A stretch of 64,000 nt of DNA. Origin: Verrucomicrobiaceae bacterium. GTDB taxonomy: Bacteria; Verrucomicrobiota; Verrucomicrobiia; Chthoniobacterales; Chthoniobacteraceae. The notes beneath the pieces are model-generated. The model was not told where the DNA came from. It did no database searches and worked only from the letters and a program-made list of their open reading frames with translations. The DNA is taken from positions 7,587 to 71,586 of the forward strand of contig JANMLS010000039.1 of assembly GCA_031372675.1 (NCBI GenBank), written 5' to 3'. Below, one piece after another: positions 45,214 to 55,100 of this stretch (its first letter is position 1; every line of letters starts with the position of its first letter). A program made the position numbers and the translations under genes.

Positions 45214-46278
45214 TTACTTCTGCGTCCCGAGTTGCAGGCCGACGTTTTCGCTGGCGTTGAAAAGCTCCTCGGCGGTCGAGGGCACTGCGCCTTTTCCATC
45301 GGGGCTTTCTCGCGGTGTGATTTTCAGCGTCTTCCGCTTGCTGGCGCGGGAGACGATTACATTGATAGGCTCGTCGGGCTGGACGTAAAAAGATGCGTTC
45401 AGCACGTCCTCGGGCTTGGTGATTTTCCACTCACCGACCTGCACGAGCACATCGCCGTGGCGGAGGCCGCCCGCGAAGCCGGGGCCGTTCAGCCGGAGGC
45501 TTCGCACGCGGGCGGCGCTGCCTTGTTCAGGCGCATCGGTGAGGCGCACATCCACGCCGAGCCAGCCTTGGCGGACGCGACCGTGCCGCAGAAAATCGAG
45601 ATACACTTTTTCCACCGCCTCGCCGGGAAGCGCGAAGAGACCATTCCCGTCTTCGAGCGTGCTGATGATGACGCCCGCGACTTCGCCTTTCGAGTTTAGC
45701 AGCGGCGCACCGCCCTTTCCGCGCTGCACCGGCCCTGGGGCGCGGTTGTGGCGAGCTGAAAAAAAGCGACCGCCCTGCCCGATGTCGAAGCCCGACACTA
45801 CGCCAATGCTCGGCGAGATGGGGAATTCGAGCGGGTAGCCGATTGCGATGACGATGGTGCCGATTTCGAGGCGGTTCGCTTTTCCTAGGCGGAGAAAGGC
45901 AGTCGGCGAATCCAGCTCGGCCTTCAGGATCGCGATGCCACTGCGTTCGTCGGCAATCAGGCGTTTTAGCGGGATGCGCTCATCGCCTTTCAAAATAACC
46001 ATCTCCTCCGTTTCGCCACCCACGCCGTAGCTCGTGATGAGGATGCCATTCGGCTCGATAAAAAATCCCGTGCCCGCGACGGCGCGGCCATTGTTATCCG
46101 CCTCGATGCGACAGATCGCATCGCGCGAACGTGCAAAAATTGCCTGCACCTCCGCCGAGACTGCATCAATTGCAGATGGCTTCTCCGATGGCTTCTCCTG
46201 CGGCTCCGCTGCACCTCCTTGCAGCGCAAACGCCGCCAGCAAGAGCGCGACGCTAGAAACGAATCTGCGTAGCCTCAT
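45214..46278 (-). CDS. HtrA/DegS-like trypsin-fold plus PDZ protein lacking catalytic His and Ser (pseudo-protease)
   Basis: Signal peptide. GTGFFIEPNGILITSYGV (His position is Gly), DERSGIAILKA (Asp kept), GKGGAPLLNSKGEVAGVI (GNSGGPL Ser position is Gly). PDZ region GWLGVDV...GDVLVQVGEWKI. Confidence 0.7.
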   Translation of the reverse strand: MRLRRFVSSVALLLAAFALQGGAAEPQEKPSEKPSAIDAVSAEVQAIFARSRDAICRIEADNNGRAVAGTGFFIEPNGILITSYGVGGETEEMVILKGDERIPLKRLIADERSGIAILKAELDSPTAFLRLGKANRLEIGTIVIAIGYPLEFPISPSIGVVSGFDIGQGGRFFSARHNRAPGPVQRGKGGAPLLNSKGEVAGVIISTLEDGNGLFALPGEAVEKVYLDFLRHGRVRQGWLGVDVRLTDAPEQGSAARVRSLRLNGPGFAGGLRHGDVLVQVGEWKITKPEDVLNASFYVQPDEPINVIVSRASKRKTLKITPRESPDGKGAVPSTAEELFNASENVGLQLGTQK

Positions 46279-46750
46279 AACTCGTTGGAAGCCCGCCGCC
46301 CGCGAATTGCAGCGATGCCTGTGTGCCAGACCGCGAGCGCAGGGAGACGCGCTGGAGCGGCGGCAGCAGCTTTTGGTTTTTCACATCCAAAGTGAGCATC
46401 GGCGCTGAAGGTGCAGCCTGCAAAGACACCGGCTCCGCGATGATATTGGGCTTCGACGATGCGAACAAACCGGGCTGCTGTTTTGGGAGGGCGATTTGGA
46501 TCATCCCGATACCCGTGAGTAGGATTCCGGCCATCGCTCCCGCGTAGCGCCAATCCACGCGGAATGATTGGAAAAATGTCTTCACCCGCTCCGCAGCGAT
46601 GCGCCACGCCGGGCGGCGTAGAAGCTCCTCGCGCTGGCGCTCGTGGATGCTGGAGAGCAGGTCGCCGAAATACCCCGGCGGCGGCTGTTCGTAGCGTTTG
46701 AGCCGGAGTAGTGCCTGAAGCTGTTTTTCGTTGAGTTGCTTGTTTTCCAT
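46253..46750 (-). CDS. single-pass membrane protein, candidate anti-sigma factor
   Basis: 165 aa, directly downstream (7 nt) of the ECF sigma gene. One TM (AGAMAGILLTGIGMIQI). No family motif recognised; the call rests on position only. Confidence 0.45.
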   Translation of the reverse strand: MENKQLNEKQLQALLRLKRYEQPPPGYFGDLLSSIHERQREELLRRPAWRIAAERVKTFFQSFRVDWRYAGAMAGILLTGIGMIQIALPKQQPGLFASSKPNIIAEPVSLQAAPSAPMLTLDVKNQKLLPPLQRVSLRSRSGTQASLQFAGGGLPTSYEATQIRF

Positions 46751-46756
46751 AATTTT

Positions 46757-47386
46757 TCAGGTGTTTGAGTTTGGCGCAAATTCGCCCAGCCAGACTTGGA
46801 GGTTCTGGTGGGCATAAAAGAGACGCGAACGCACGGTGCCTTCGCTGATTTTCAAAACTTCCGCGATCTCCGAGTGCGGCATCCCCTGGATGTCAAACAT
46901 CGTCACCACGGCGCGATGTTCGGGACTGAGCTTCATCATCGCCTCATTGATTTTCCGCTGCATCTCGGAAAGGTCCGCATCGCGCAACGGCGTGTTTGGG
47001 CTGATGAGGGCGGCCAAGTCCTTGTCATTGGCGATACCATTATCCACATCGTCGAGGCTCATCGTCCAGCGACGCCCGCGTTTGTTGATGAAGTTAATCG
47101 CCGTGTTCGAGGCGATGCTGTGCAGCCAGCTCGCAAATGCCGATTTCCCACGGAAGCCGCTGATGTTTCTGTAAGCCTTCATCCACACATCCTGGAGCAT
47201 GTCATTCGCGTCTTCATGGTTCGACGTCATGTGGTACATCTGCGCGTAGAGCTTTGGGCTGTGCTTCACCACCAGCGAATCAAAAGCCGTCGAGTCTCCC
47301 TCCTGCGCCCGCGCCACCAGCGCCTCATCCTCCCGCTTGCTCGCCAGCTTTTCCGCAGCGACAGCGTCCACCTCGCCGAGAACCAT
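46757..47386 (-). CDS. ECF-subfamily sigma-70 factor (RpoE-like)
   Basis: Start chosen at MVLGEVDAV (alternatives 47473 and 47497). Region 2 FDSLVVKHSPKLYAQMYHMT...DMLQDVWMKAYRN. Region 4 MPHSEIAEVLKISEGTVRSRLFYA. Confidence 0.8.
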   Translation of the reverse strand: MVLGEVDAVAAEKLASKREDEALVARAQEGDSTAFDSLVVKHSPKLYAQMYHMTSNHEDANDMLQDVWMKAYRNISGFRGKSAFASWLHSIASNTAINFINKRGRRWTMSLDDVDNGIANDKDLAALISPNTPLRDADLSEMQRKINEAMMKLSPEHRAVVTMFDIQGMPHSEIAEVLKISEGTVRSRLFYAHQNLQVWLGEFAPNSNT

Positions 47387-47574
47387 ACCGGCGACAAAAG
47401 ACGGGGCTGAGGATGGGAAAATATCGTTCAAGCTGGGGAAGAAAGTAGTCGGACTTGGGAAAACAGCAGCCATTTTTACCGCAAAGATGCGTTCCAAGTG
47501 GTTTGAGTTACTGGTTTCCGCTGCCGAGTCATGGTTCCTCTAAGACACACTCGCAGGCCGTATGTTCAAAAAGA

Positions 47575-47907
47575 CTACGCTTTTTTCACAAAACACGCCT
47601 TCAGACCCACCGCGATGCCGTCCACTTTGCAGGAGATTTCGTGGTCGCCGTCCACGAGGCGGATGGATTTCGACATGCTCCCGCCTTTTAGCACCTGAGT
47701 GCCACCGAGTTTCAGGTCTTTGATCAGCACCACGCAGTCGCCATCGGCCAGCGTATTTCCATTCGCGTCCTTCACCACGCGGGCCGTGGGAGCCGCATCA
47801 GGCTCCGACTCGCGGGACCATTCGTGGCCGCAAGTGGAGCACTCCCAACGCTCGGGAAACTCCAATACATCCGTCATCTCACACATCGGGCAGGCTGGTT
47901 TGTTCAT
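47575..47907 (-). CDS. phnA: PhnA-family zinc-ribbon protein
   Basis: Start at MNKPACPMCE. CPMC...CSTCGHEW zinc ribbon, plus VKDANGNTLADGDCVVLIKDLKL.G....LK.G......IRLVDGDHEI.CK.DG (PhnA C-terminal domain). Confidence 0.85.
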   Translation of the reverse strand: MNKPACPMCEMTDVLEFPERWECSTCGHEWSRESEPDAAPTARVVKDANGNTLADGDCVVLIKDLKLGGTQVLKGGSMSKSIRLVDGDHEISCKVDGIAVGLKACFVKKA

Positions 47908-47990
47908 CGTGCAAACGGTGTAGCGAAGCAGCGCAGATGGAGCCACCTTTTCATTCGCCGCCGCTCACTTGCTACAAAATGCCGTTGTCC

Positions 47991-49127
47991 TTATTTCTTG
48001 ATGATGCTCCGCCGCAGCCAAAGCCCGTTCTTGTCCTTGTCCACAGTCTGAAAAAGCAGCACGCCCGGACTTTCCGCAGTCACGTTCCAGTAGCTGCCTT
48101 GGATGTTTTCCTCCGTGGCTTCCGCGTCCTCGGTCTTCGCTAGAAAATCCATCGCATCCGCTGCGGTCGCGGCTTTCTCGGCGGGCTTTGCTTTGAGTTC
48201 GGCCACGGCCTCGATAGCGGCGGATTCGGCCAGCTTCGGCCACGAGCGGTTCAGCAAGTCATGGCTGGCAAAAATCTCCGCGCTGTTGATGTGTCCGTTG
48301 ATGACGATCACGAAGCCGACCGCCTTTTCGTTTTTGCTCACGATGGGCTTGAGCACTTCGAGATAGGCTCCCACTTGCTTCTTCAAGTCCTTATCCTCCA
48401 GCGAAAGTTGCAAGCTCGTCGGCGACGCTGCGGAATTGACGCTCTTGCCGATGTTGCTCGAAATCTTGGCCTGATCCCCGGCCACCTTCTCCCACACCTC
48501 GCCCTGGCTCTTTGCCTTTCGCACAGCGATCTTCTGCTCCTTGCTCGCGACAGAATTTCCCGATGAAGAAAAGGCCGCCACATTCTCCGAGCCACGCGCC
48601 TGCCACCGCCCCTGCTCCACGCAAAATGAAGCAATCGGCACCGTGCCCGCCTCTTTGCGGAGCGGGAGATCGTAGGCCAGCGTGCGGTCCTGCTTTCCGC
48701 CTTTCACGATGTCGCCAGCCATGATGAAGACCGTGTGCTCCGCGTCTTTGTTGAGGACGGAGAGTTCATCCACCGTGCCCGTTTCGTTCACCACGATAGT
48801 GCCCTTTTTCTTCAGCGCCTCATCCAAAGTGAGCACCTTCGAGGTATCCAGCCGGTTTTCCCCTTCGATCAAAAATATCGCGAGATTTGCGTGCGCCACC
48901 GGCTCGGCGACTTTGAGTTTCTCCGCGATGCGGTCGAGCTTGGTGGGCTGCGGCTTTGCGCGATTGGCCGCGCGTTGTGGAACTGCGTTCAGTTGGTTTA
49001 TGGTCTGGAGCCGATCTTGAACAGAAAGCTCCTGAAGCGGTGTAGCCTGGCCAAAGCCGGGCGTGGAACCGAGTGTAAAAAGGAAGGCAAAAGCCGCCCC
49101 GATGAACTTGTGTGAGTATTTTTTCAT
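47991..49127 (-). CDS. secreted hypothetical protein (possibly DUF6569/ARPP-1-like)
   Basis: Start at MKKYSHKFIGAAFAFLFTLGSTPGFGQ. NLAIFLIEGE...VNETGTVDELSVLNKDAEHTVFIMAGDIVKGGKQDRTL resembles, from memory only, the GE.l.GgkQnR motif of that family. Confidence 0.55.
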   Translation of the reverse strand: MKKYSHKFIGAAFAFLFTLGSTPGFGQATPLQELSVQDRLQTINQLNAVPQRAANRAKPQPTKLDRIAEKLKVAEPVAHANLAIFLIEGENRLDTSKVLTLDEALKKKGTIVVNETGTVDELSVLNKDAEHTVFIMAGDIVKGGKQDRTLAYDLPLRKEAGTVPIASFCVEQGRWQARGSENVAAFSSSGNSVASKEQKIAVRKAKSQGEVWEKVAGDQAKISSNIGKSVNSAASPTSLQLSLEDKDLKKQVGAYLEVLKPIVSKNEKAVGFVIVINGHINSAEIFASHDLLNRSWPKLAESAAIEAVAELKAKPAEKAATAADAMDFLAKTEDAEATEENIQGSYWNVTAESPGVLLFQTVDKDKNGLWLRRSIIKK

Positions 49128-49224
49128 AAGGCCAAATTGGACCCTAAATCCCGTCGCCTGTTCAGCCCGCAATTGTAAAAAGATTGTATGCCCTCAACAC
49201 GCCGATGCTGACCACCGCCTGCTA

Positions 49225-49374
49225 CGCTTGCGAAAGTAGTCAGCGGCTTTAGCCGTGGTATCGCGGTAAAGTGAATACGGGGACGCTTCGCAATGCGACA
49301 CGGCTTACGAAGCCCGTTGCGGGCTGTGCTTGCTTCATCACTACGGCTGAAGCCGCGGACTACTTTCGCAAGCG
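49225..49374. repeat. MITE-like element (termini CGCTTGCGAAAGTAGTCAGCGGCTTTAGCCGTGG / CTACGGCTGAAGCCGCGGACTACTTTCGCAAGCG)
   Basis: Terminal inverted repeats of about 30 nt containing the AAAGTAGTC / GACTACTTT motif seen in the other families. Confidence 0.7.
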
Positions 49375-49378
49375 GGTT

Positions 49379-49540
49379 GCGCGGAGCGCCGTGGACTGCG
49401 GGAACTTGTTCCCGCCGTCACTCAAGCGACTTGTCGCGCAGAGCCTCGCTCGCATGGCCGTGAGCCGTTGCCACGGCTCTTTGCGTGACAAGTCCCGCAA
49501 GCCACGGCGGGAACAAGTTCCCGCAGTCCACGGCTTCGCC
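49379..49540. repeat. 162-bp MITE-like palindromic element, copy 2
   Basis: Same length and architecture as 14621-14782. Shared core TCAAGCGACTTGTCGCGCAGAGCCTC...GTTGCCACGGCTCT.TGCGTGACAAGTCCCGCA. Confidence 0.8.
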
Positions 49541-49564
49541 CACGCTTGCGGAAAAGACCGCGAG

Positions 49565-49583
49565 CCAGTCACGGCGTGACTGG
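49565..49583. repeat. REP-like palindrome copy (CCAGTCACGGCGTGACTGG)
   Basis: Perfect 19-nt palindrome followed by ACTAC, 39 nt upstream of the kinase start. Confidence 0.8.
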
Positions 49584-49621
49584 ACTACGCTGGCGTCTTC
49601 GGCTTTATACATCCACTCATC

Positions 49622-52107
49622 GTGCCAGAAGATTCTCACAACACTGATTCTCCCGAACCCGAACCCGCGCCCGATGACGGGCAGGATGCAGTTGCGCAAG
49701 TGGCGCATCTTTTTCCCGCGTATGAAATGATTCGCGTGCTCGGGCGCGGTGGGATGGGCGTGGTTTTTCAGGCGCGGCAGATCGGGCTGAACCGGCTCGT
49801 GGCCATCAAGCTTCTCGCGCAGGAAATCAGCGCGAACCCGGCGTTTGCCGAGCGCTTCCGGCAGGAGGCGCAGGCGATGGCGCGGCTGAATCATCCGAAC
49901 ATTATTTCGGTGTATGATTTCGGGCAGACGGGGGAGGGGCATCTGTTTTTTGTGATGGAGTTTGTGGACGGGATGAATCTCTGCGATGTCATCCAGCAAG
50001 TGGGCCTGAATACGGATCAGGCGCTGTCGGTGACGGAGCAGATTTGCGCGGCGCTGGGCTATGCGCACGGCAAGGGAGTCGTCCACCGCGATGTGAAGCC
50101 GGCGAATGTGATGATTGACCGCGAGAGCAATGTGAAGGTGGCGGATTTCGGCCTCGCGCGGCTGACGGAAAATAGCGGGGCGGCGGCGGAGGGATTGCCG
50201 GACGATGTGGTCTATGGCACGCCGGACTACATGGCGCCCGAGCAGCGGCGCGACATGAGCGTGGATAACCGCGCGCCGATATTTTCAGCCTCGGCGTGAT
50301 GCTGTATGAGATGTTCTGCGGCGAAATCCCGCGCGGTGTCTTCCAGCCGCCCTCCCAGCGCGTGAACTGCGATTCGCGCGTGGACCGGATTATTTACAAA
50401 GCGATGCAGCAGACGCCGGAAAAGCGCTACCAGTCCGCAGCGGAAATGGAGGCCGACGTGAGCGCCGCACGCACCCCGCTTTCTGCCCGCAAGACCGGCG
50501 TGGTAAATGTGCCGCGCCAGGTAAAACCGCAAGCTCCGGCGGTGAGGCCGGTCCCCGTGCGGCCCGTGGCGCATTCGCATAGGCCCGTGGTCGTCTCGCA
50601 GAGCAGCTCTTCGGGCGGGATTTGGATTATCATGGTGATATGCGTCGTCGTCGCATTGCTGTTATTCGCGCCGTGGAAAAAGGGTGCCAAAGCGCCCGCG
50701 CAAATCGCGGAAGCAACGCCCGCGCCTACGCCAATCCCAGCCACGCCCACACCCCCGCCGGCAACTCCCACGCCCGCTCCAGTCGCCGTCGTCGAAGCCC
50801 CGCCACCGCCCGAAGACACGACCGCGAAAGCCACTCCGAAGCCGCAGAGTGAAGTGGAGAAGTGGCTTGCCGATATTGATGCGCAGCAGAATGAGGCTTT
50901 CGACAAGCAAGTGACCAAGCCCCACGAGACCGGGATGCAGAGCCTCCGCGCCCGCTACATTGCGACGATGGATTCGGGAATCGCGAAGGCCAGCACGTCC
51001 GGTCGTCTCGATCAGGCTGTCGCGTGGCGCAACGAGAAGCAGAGCTACACCGAAACGCAGATCATCCTCGCAAATGACGCCGCCGTTTTACCCGACATCC
51101 GCGCATGGCGGGTGGAATACCGGAATCACTTCGCCAAGCTCGAAGAACAGCGCATGGCGCGCGCCAAGGTGCTGTTTGCGAGCTGCGACAGCATTTTGAC
51201 GGGGAACATCAAGCTGCTCACTCAGCGGCAGAGGCTCGACGACGCATTGCTGCTCGAAAACAAGCGCCGGGAGATCGCGGCCAACTGGCTGAAGGCAAAC
51301 ATCGTTTTCGAGGCACCGAAGCCGACGCCGATGGTGGCACCGCCGACGCCGCCCCCCGTCGCGAATGGTCTGCCCACCAACGCCGACGAGCTGCGCAAAT
51401 ACCTGCTCGCATGGGATTGGGTGAAAGTGAAGGACGGCAAGAAACTGGAGTTTGCCTCGGACGGCGAGAGCGCCTCCGTTGAAAGCCACAGCGCGACCTA
51501 TCGCGTGAGCGGGCGGAGAAATCTGACGATGCAGTGGTCCACCAAATCCGTGGATTGCGAAATGAACGACGACTTTACTGAACTGCGCGAATCGAGCGCA
51601 TCGAGAAATGTCTTCGTGCGCACCGCTAAGGCACCGGGCAGCACGGGAGCACAGACGCCAGCGCCCAAGCGCAACGGCAGCAGCGTGAGCCTGCTCGACC
51701 TAAAACTCGAATCTTCAGAAGTCGCCGAGGGCGAGTTGATGCTCGGCGGGTTCGCCTATCTTGGAGGCCGCGTTTTGGTCAACGGCGAAGAATGCAAGAC
51801 ATGGATCGGAGCCTGTGCGCCGAGCAAAATCCTCTACAACCTCCCGCCCGGAGTGAAGGCATTCAGCGCCATCGCGACTTGCACCGACGGCCAAGGCGGA
51901 AAAAGCGAAACCACTTGGGTTTATGTCGTCAAAGTGGATGGCAAGAAGCTTTACACTTCCCCCAAGTTGGACCCGGCAAGCGGGCGGGATGTGCCCATTG
52001 ACGTAGCCATCCCCGAAGGCGCAAAAACGCTCGAACTCATCGTTGAGAAGGACGGCGAAAGACGGAAACCCGGGACGGTCTGGGCGAATCCGATGTTGTG
52101 GAAATAA
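49622..52107 (+). pseudogene. Hanks-type Ser/Thr protein kinase with TM, Pro-rich linker and C-terminal NPCBM-like domain, interrupted by a frameshift
   Basis: ORFs 49622..50299 and 50296..52107 together encode one kinase: GRGGMGVV, VAIK, HRDVKPANV, DFG, DYMAPE, then after a frame change RADIFSLGVMLYEMFCGEIP. The break is at CCGCGCGCC, about 50269-50277. Confidence 0.8.
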
Positions 52108-52130
52108 CAACAGCGCCTTCCGCGTGAGGG

Positions 52131-55100
52131 TTAATTTCCGCCACCCGCAGCAACCATGTTGCCACCGCCAGCGGCGACCATATTTCCTCCACCCGCAGCG
52201 ACCATGTTGCCGCCGCCCGCTGCGACCATATTTGATGGTTTGAATGTCGCCACGATTCCGGCGCCGCCTGCAACCGGGGTGAAGCGTGGGCTGCCTTGGA
52301 ACATGGAGATGGTCGAGAATGTCGAGCCATCGAGTCCGATGAGCGAGGCGTTGTTCAAGCCGCGCATGGTGCTGCCGTCGTTGCCGATCAAAGTGCTGCC
52401 ATCGTTGCCGATGAGCGATGCGCCGTCGTTGCCTACGAGCGTACTGCCATCGTTGCCAATCAACGTCGAGCCATCCAGCCCGATGAGATTTCCGCCACCA
52501 GCGGCGACGAGATTTCCACCACCCGCAGCGACCATGCTTGGGATCGCTGGCATGAGCTGCGACAACGTAGCTGTTCCGCTAAAGCCGGGCGCATTCCTTA
52601 TACCGATTGCGTTGCCACCGCCCGCTGCGACCATATTGAGGCCGCCTGCTGCGACCATGTTGCCACCACCTGCGGCGACGAGTCGGCTCGGGCCGACGAT
52701 GAGGCCGCGATTAAATCCAATCGGCGCAAAGTTAGCGCCGTTTTTCAGCGTCACGAGGTCCAGCCCGCGCACGGAGTAAAACTGCGAGTCGCGCGTCAAT
52801 GATTTGAACTCCTCCTGCACCGTCGCTTTGTGCTGCCCCGCAACCCAGCTACCGAAGCTCCAGATCGAGGCGTTCACACTTTCGAAGATCGAGAAGTACC
52901 AATCCGCCGAGCGCACTTGTGTGGAAAAAGCGTGCGCGACTTGTCCCTTCGCGTTGCTCGCAGTGATCCGGCACGAGGTGTCTTCCACCGCTGCTGCGCC
53001 AAACTTCTCGGAGACTTTCAGCCTCATCGTAAATGCACCGCTGGAATGCGCAGGCAGCGTCGGCAAGTCCACAATGATGCGCTCGATGCGCGAGCCTTTT
53101 TTCTCGGTCCGTGTGGTGAGCGTGTATCGGAAATCGGCGAGATTTGTTTGATTGCTCGGATCCGATGGGCGCGTCATCTGCACGTCGGTCGCGCTGAGGA
53201 ATGTGGTTTCAAACGGAATCTGCATCGCCACGTTGCCACCAGTCGCCGCGGTGTCGCCCGCGTTGCCGAAGAAAATCGTCACATCCATCGTGCCGTTCTT
53301 CGTCGCCGTGATTGGTACGGCACGACCGATGAAGAGCTTTGGCGCACTGGGGATCGCCACAGGAATTGCACCGTCGAGTTTTAAAGCACCCGCAAGCTTT
53401 GGTAGCGGGACGCGCAACCGCTGATTCGTGCGCGGCGTGCGAAGTGCGGTTTGCGAAGTCTGGAAGGCGTCTATGAATGGCGAGATACGCACTTCTCCCG
53501 CATCCACAATCGCTTGGTTCAGCGGTGCGTTGACGGAGAGATAGATGGCTACCTCACCCGTTTCGCCGGGGTCGAGAGTGCCAAGCTCAAACCGCTGCGT
53601 CGTCGTCGCACCGGAAATTCCCACAGGCAAAATTTCGTCGCTACTCAGCGCGCGTGGCATCGCAGTATCGGTCGTGACGAAGAACGCAGAATGGCCTGTC
53701 GTGCCGACTGGAATGGGGAGATTGATGAAGGCGTTGTAAGCAGGGAGTTGCCCGGCATTCGTGTATTTGAGTGCGAAGCGGAGCACATTACCCGCACGCG
53801 CAAAGCCCGGCTGCCGCTTGTATTCGAGCCGGAACTCGTAGGGTTTTGCGACTTGCACCGCGAGCACCTCAGGCTGCCCGCCTATGCCGCCCACAAGACT
53901 TTCTGTGAACATGGACCCAGGCCCCGCGCCGATGACTTGGCCCGGCGCAGTCGGCGTGAGTTTTTTCGAGGCATACTTCGCCGCGACCACGCGATAGGTC
54001 AGTTCACCGCCTTCCCCAGCACCGAGATCGCCGACGCGGATTTTGAAAAAGTCCGCAAGGCGCAGGTCGCGGTTTGCGAGGCTCTCGTTTGGTCCGATGG
54101 GCTTGGTTCCGTTGAAGAGCCTGAAATTACCGCCGATAGATACTGTCTGGCCGTTGAGCCGGATGGAATCGGGCACCAGCGTGAAGTAACGGGAATCAAT
54201 GTCGTCCCAAATTTCGCACTCCTTCGCCGTGCCTTCGCCGACGTTGCGGTAGTTTAAGGTAAATGTCGCCTCGCCATTGGGTGCCACGATTGCGCCGCGC
54301 ACGATGCGCTCCACGGCTTTCGCGTTTTCTTTATACGGGATGCCAAACGTCTGCCGTCCTTGCAGCGTCGCGCCGGTGACTTCCTTGCCCAAGTCGAGCT
54401 GCGGTGGGCGCACGATGGCGTTGGTGAGATTTACCGAAAATCCGTCGCCGAGTGCCGTCAGCGTTTTCTTTGCCACCGCATTGAAAGCAGTGAACGTGTA
54501 GCCGGGATCGTCCTTGGCCGGATTGCCGGTGAAGATGACGTTGCGCGAGGTGTCGAACGGCGTCCGCAGATTGAGGAAGACGACGCGGCTGGTATTTGCA
54601 GGCATCGCTCCGAAATTAAACTTCAGCTCGATGGTCTTTCCGCTCTTGTCGTCGAGCACGCGCTCTGCAGAGGTTTCGTTGTCTTCGAGAAAAGAATCCA
54701 CAAACGCGCCCGCCGGGATTTTTACCGAGGCAATCGCATTGGTCAGCGCGGCTGGGCTTTTGTTTTCCGCCGTGAAAAGCAGCGGAATCGTCGCGCCTTT
54801 TGGAAACTCAAATTCCGAACCTGCGATATGCAGCCCGACTCGCAGTGGGTCTGCAACCGCGAGGAAGGGAAGATCGAGTTTTTGATCGGGGAAATCCGGA
54901 CTCTCGACCAGCGCAGTGCCGACGAGATTGACCACGCCGCGCCCCAGTTTCTTCGCATCGTCGCGCACGCGGGCAACAACCCTGCGCCGCTGAAAATTCT
55001 GCGACGGCGAGAGCGTGCCGATATCGAGTCGCACACCGATAATCGTGGAATTTGGATCGCCGGGGTTTTTGCGAATGGGCGAAGTCGTTCCCGTGGCGCT

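Noticed and set aside
47387-47574. ECF-type autoregulated promoter upstream of the second sigma gene
   Set aside because: GGAAC and GAAC motifs are present on the minus strand, but none has a CGTC or TCTGA element at the expected 16-18 nt spacing. The start codon choice is also uncertain, so no call is made.
52134-52682. Possible CRISPR array, suggested by regular 24-nt periodicity
   Set aside because: The units are contiguous with no spacers and degenerate at third-codon positions. They are in frame within a long CDS, and no cas genes are nearby. This is a coding tandem repeat.
52156-52779. 207-aa plus-strand ORF reading MLPPPAATIFPPPAAT... with striking periodicity
   Set aside because: It is the reverse-complement reading of the MVAAGGGN/LIGNDGST octapeptide repeats of the giant minus-strand gene. 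The periodicity is inherited, not evidence of a separate gene.
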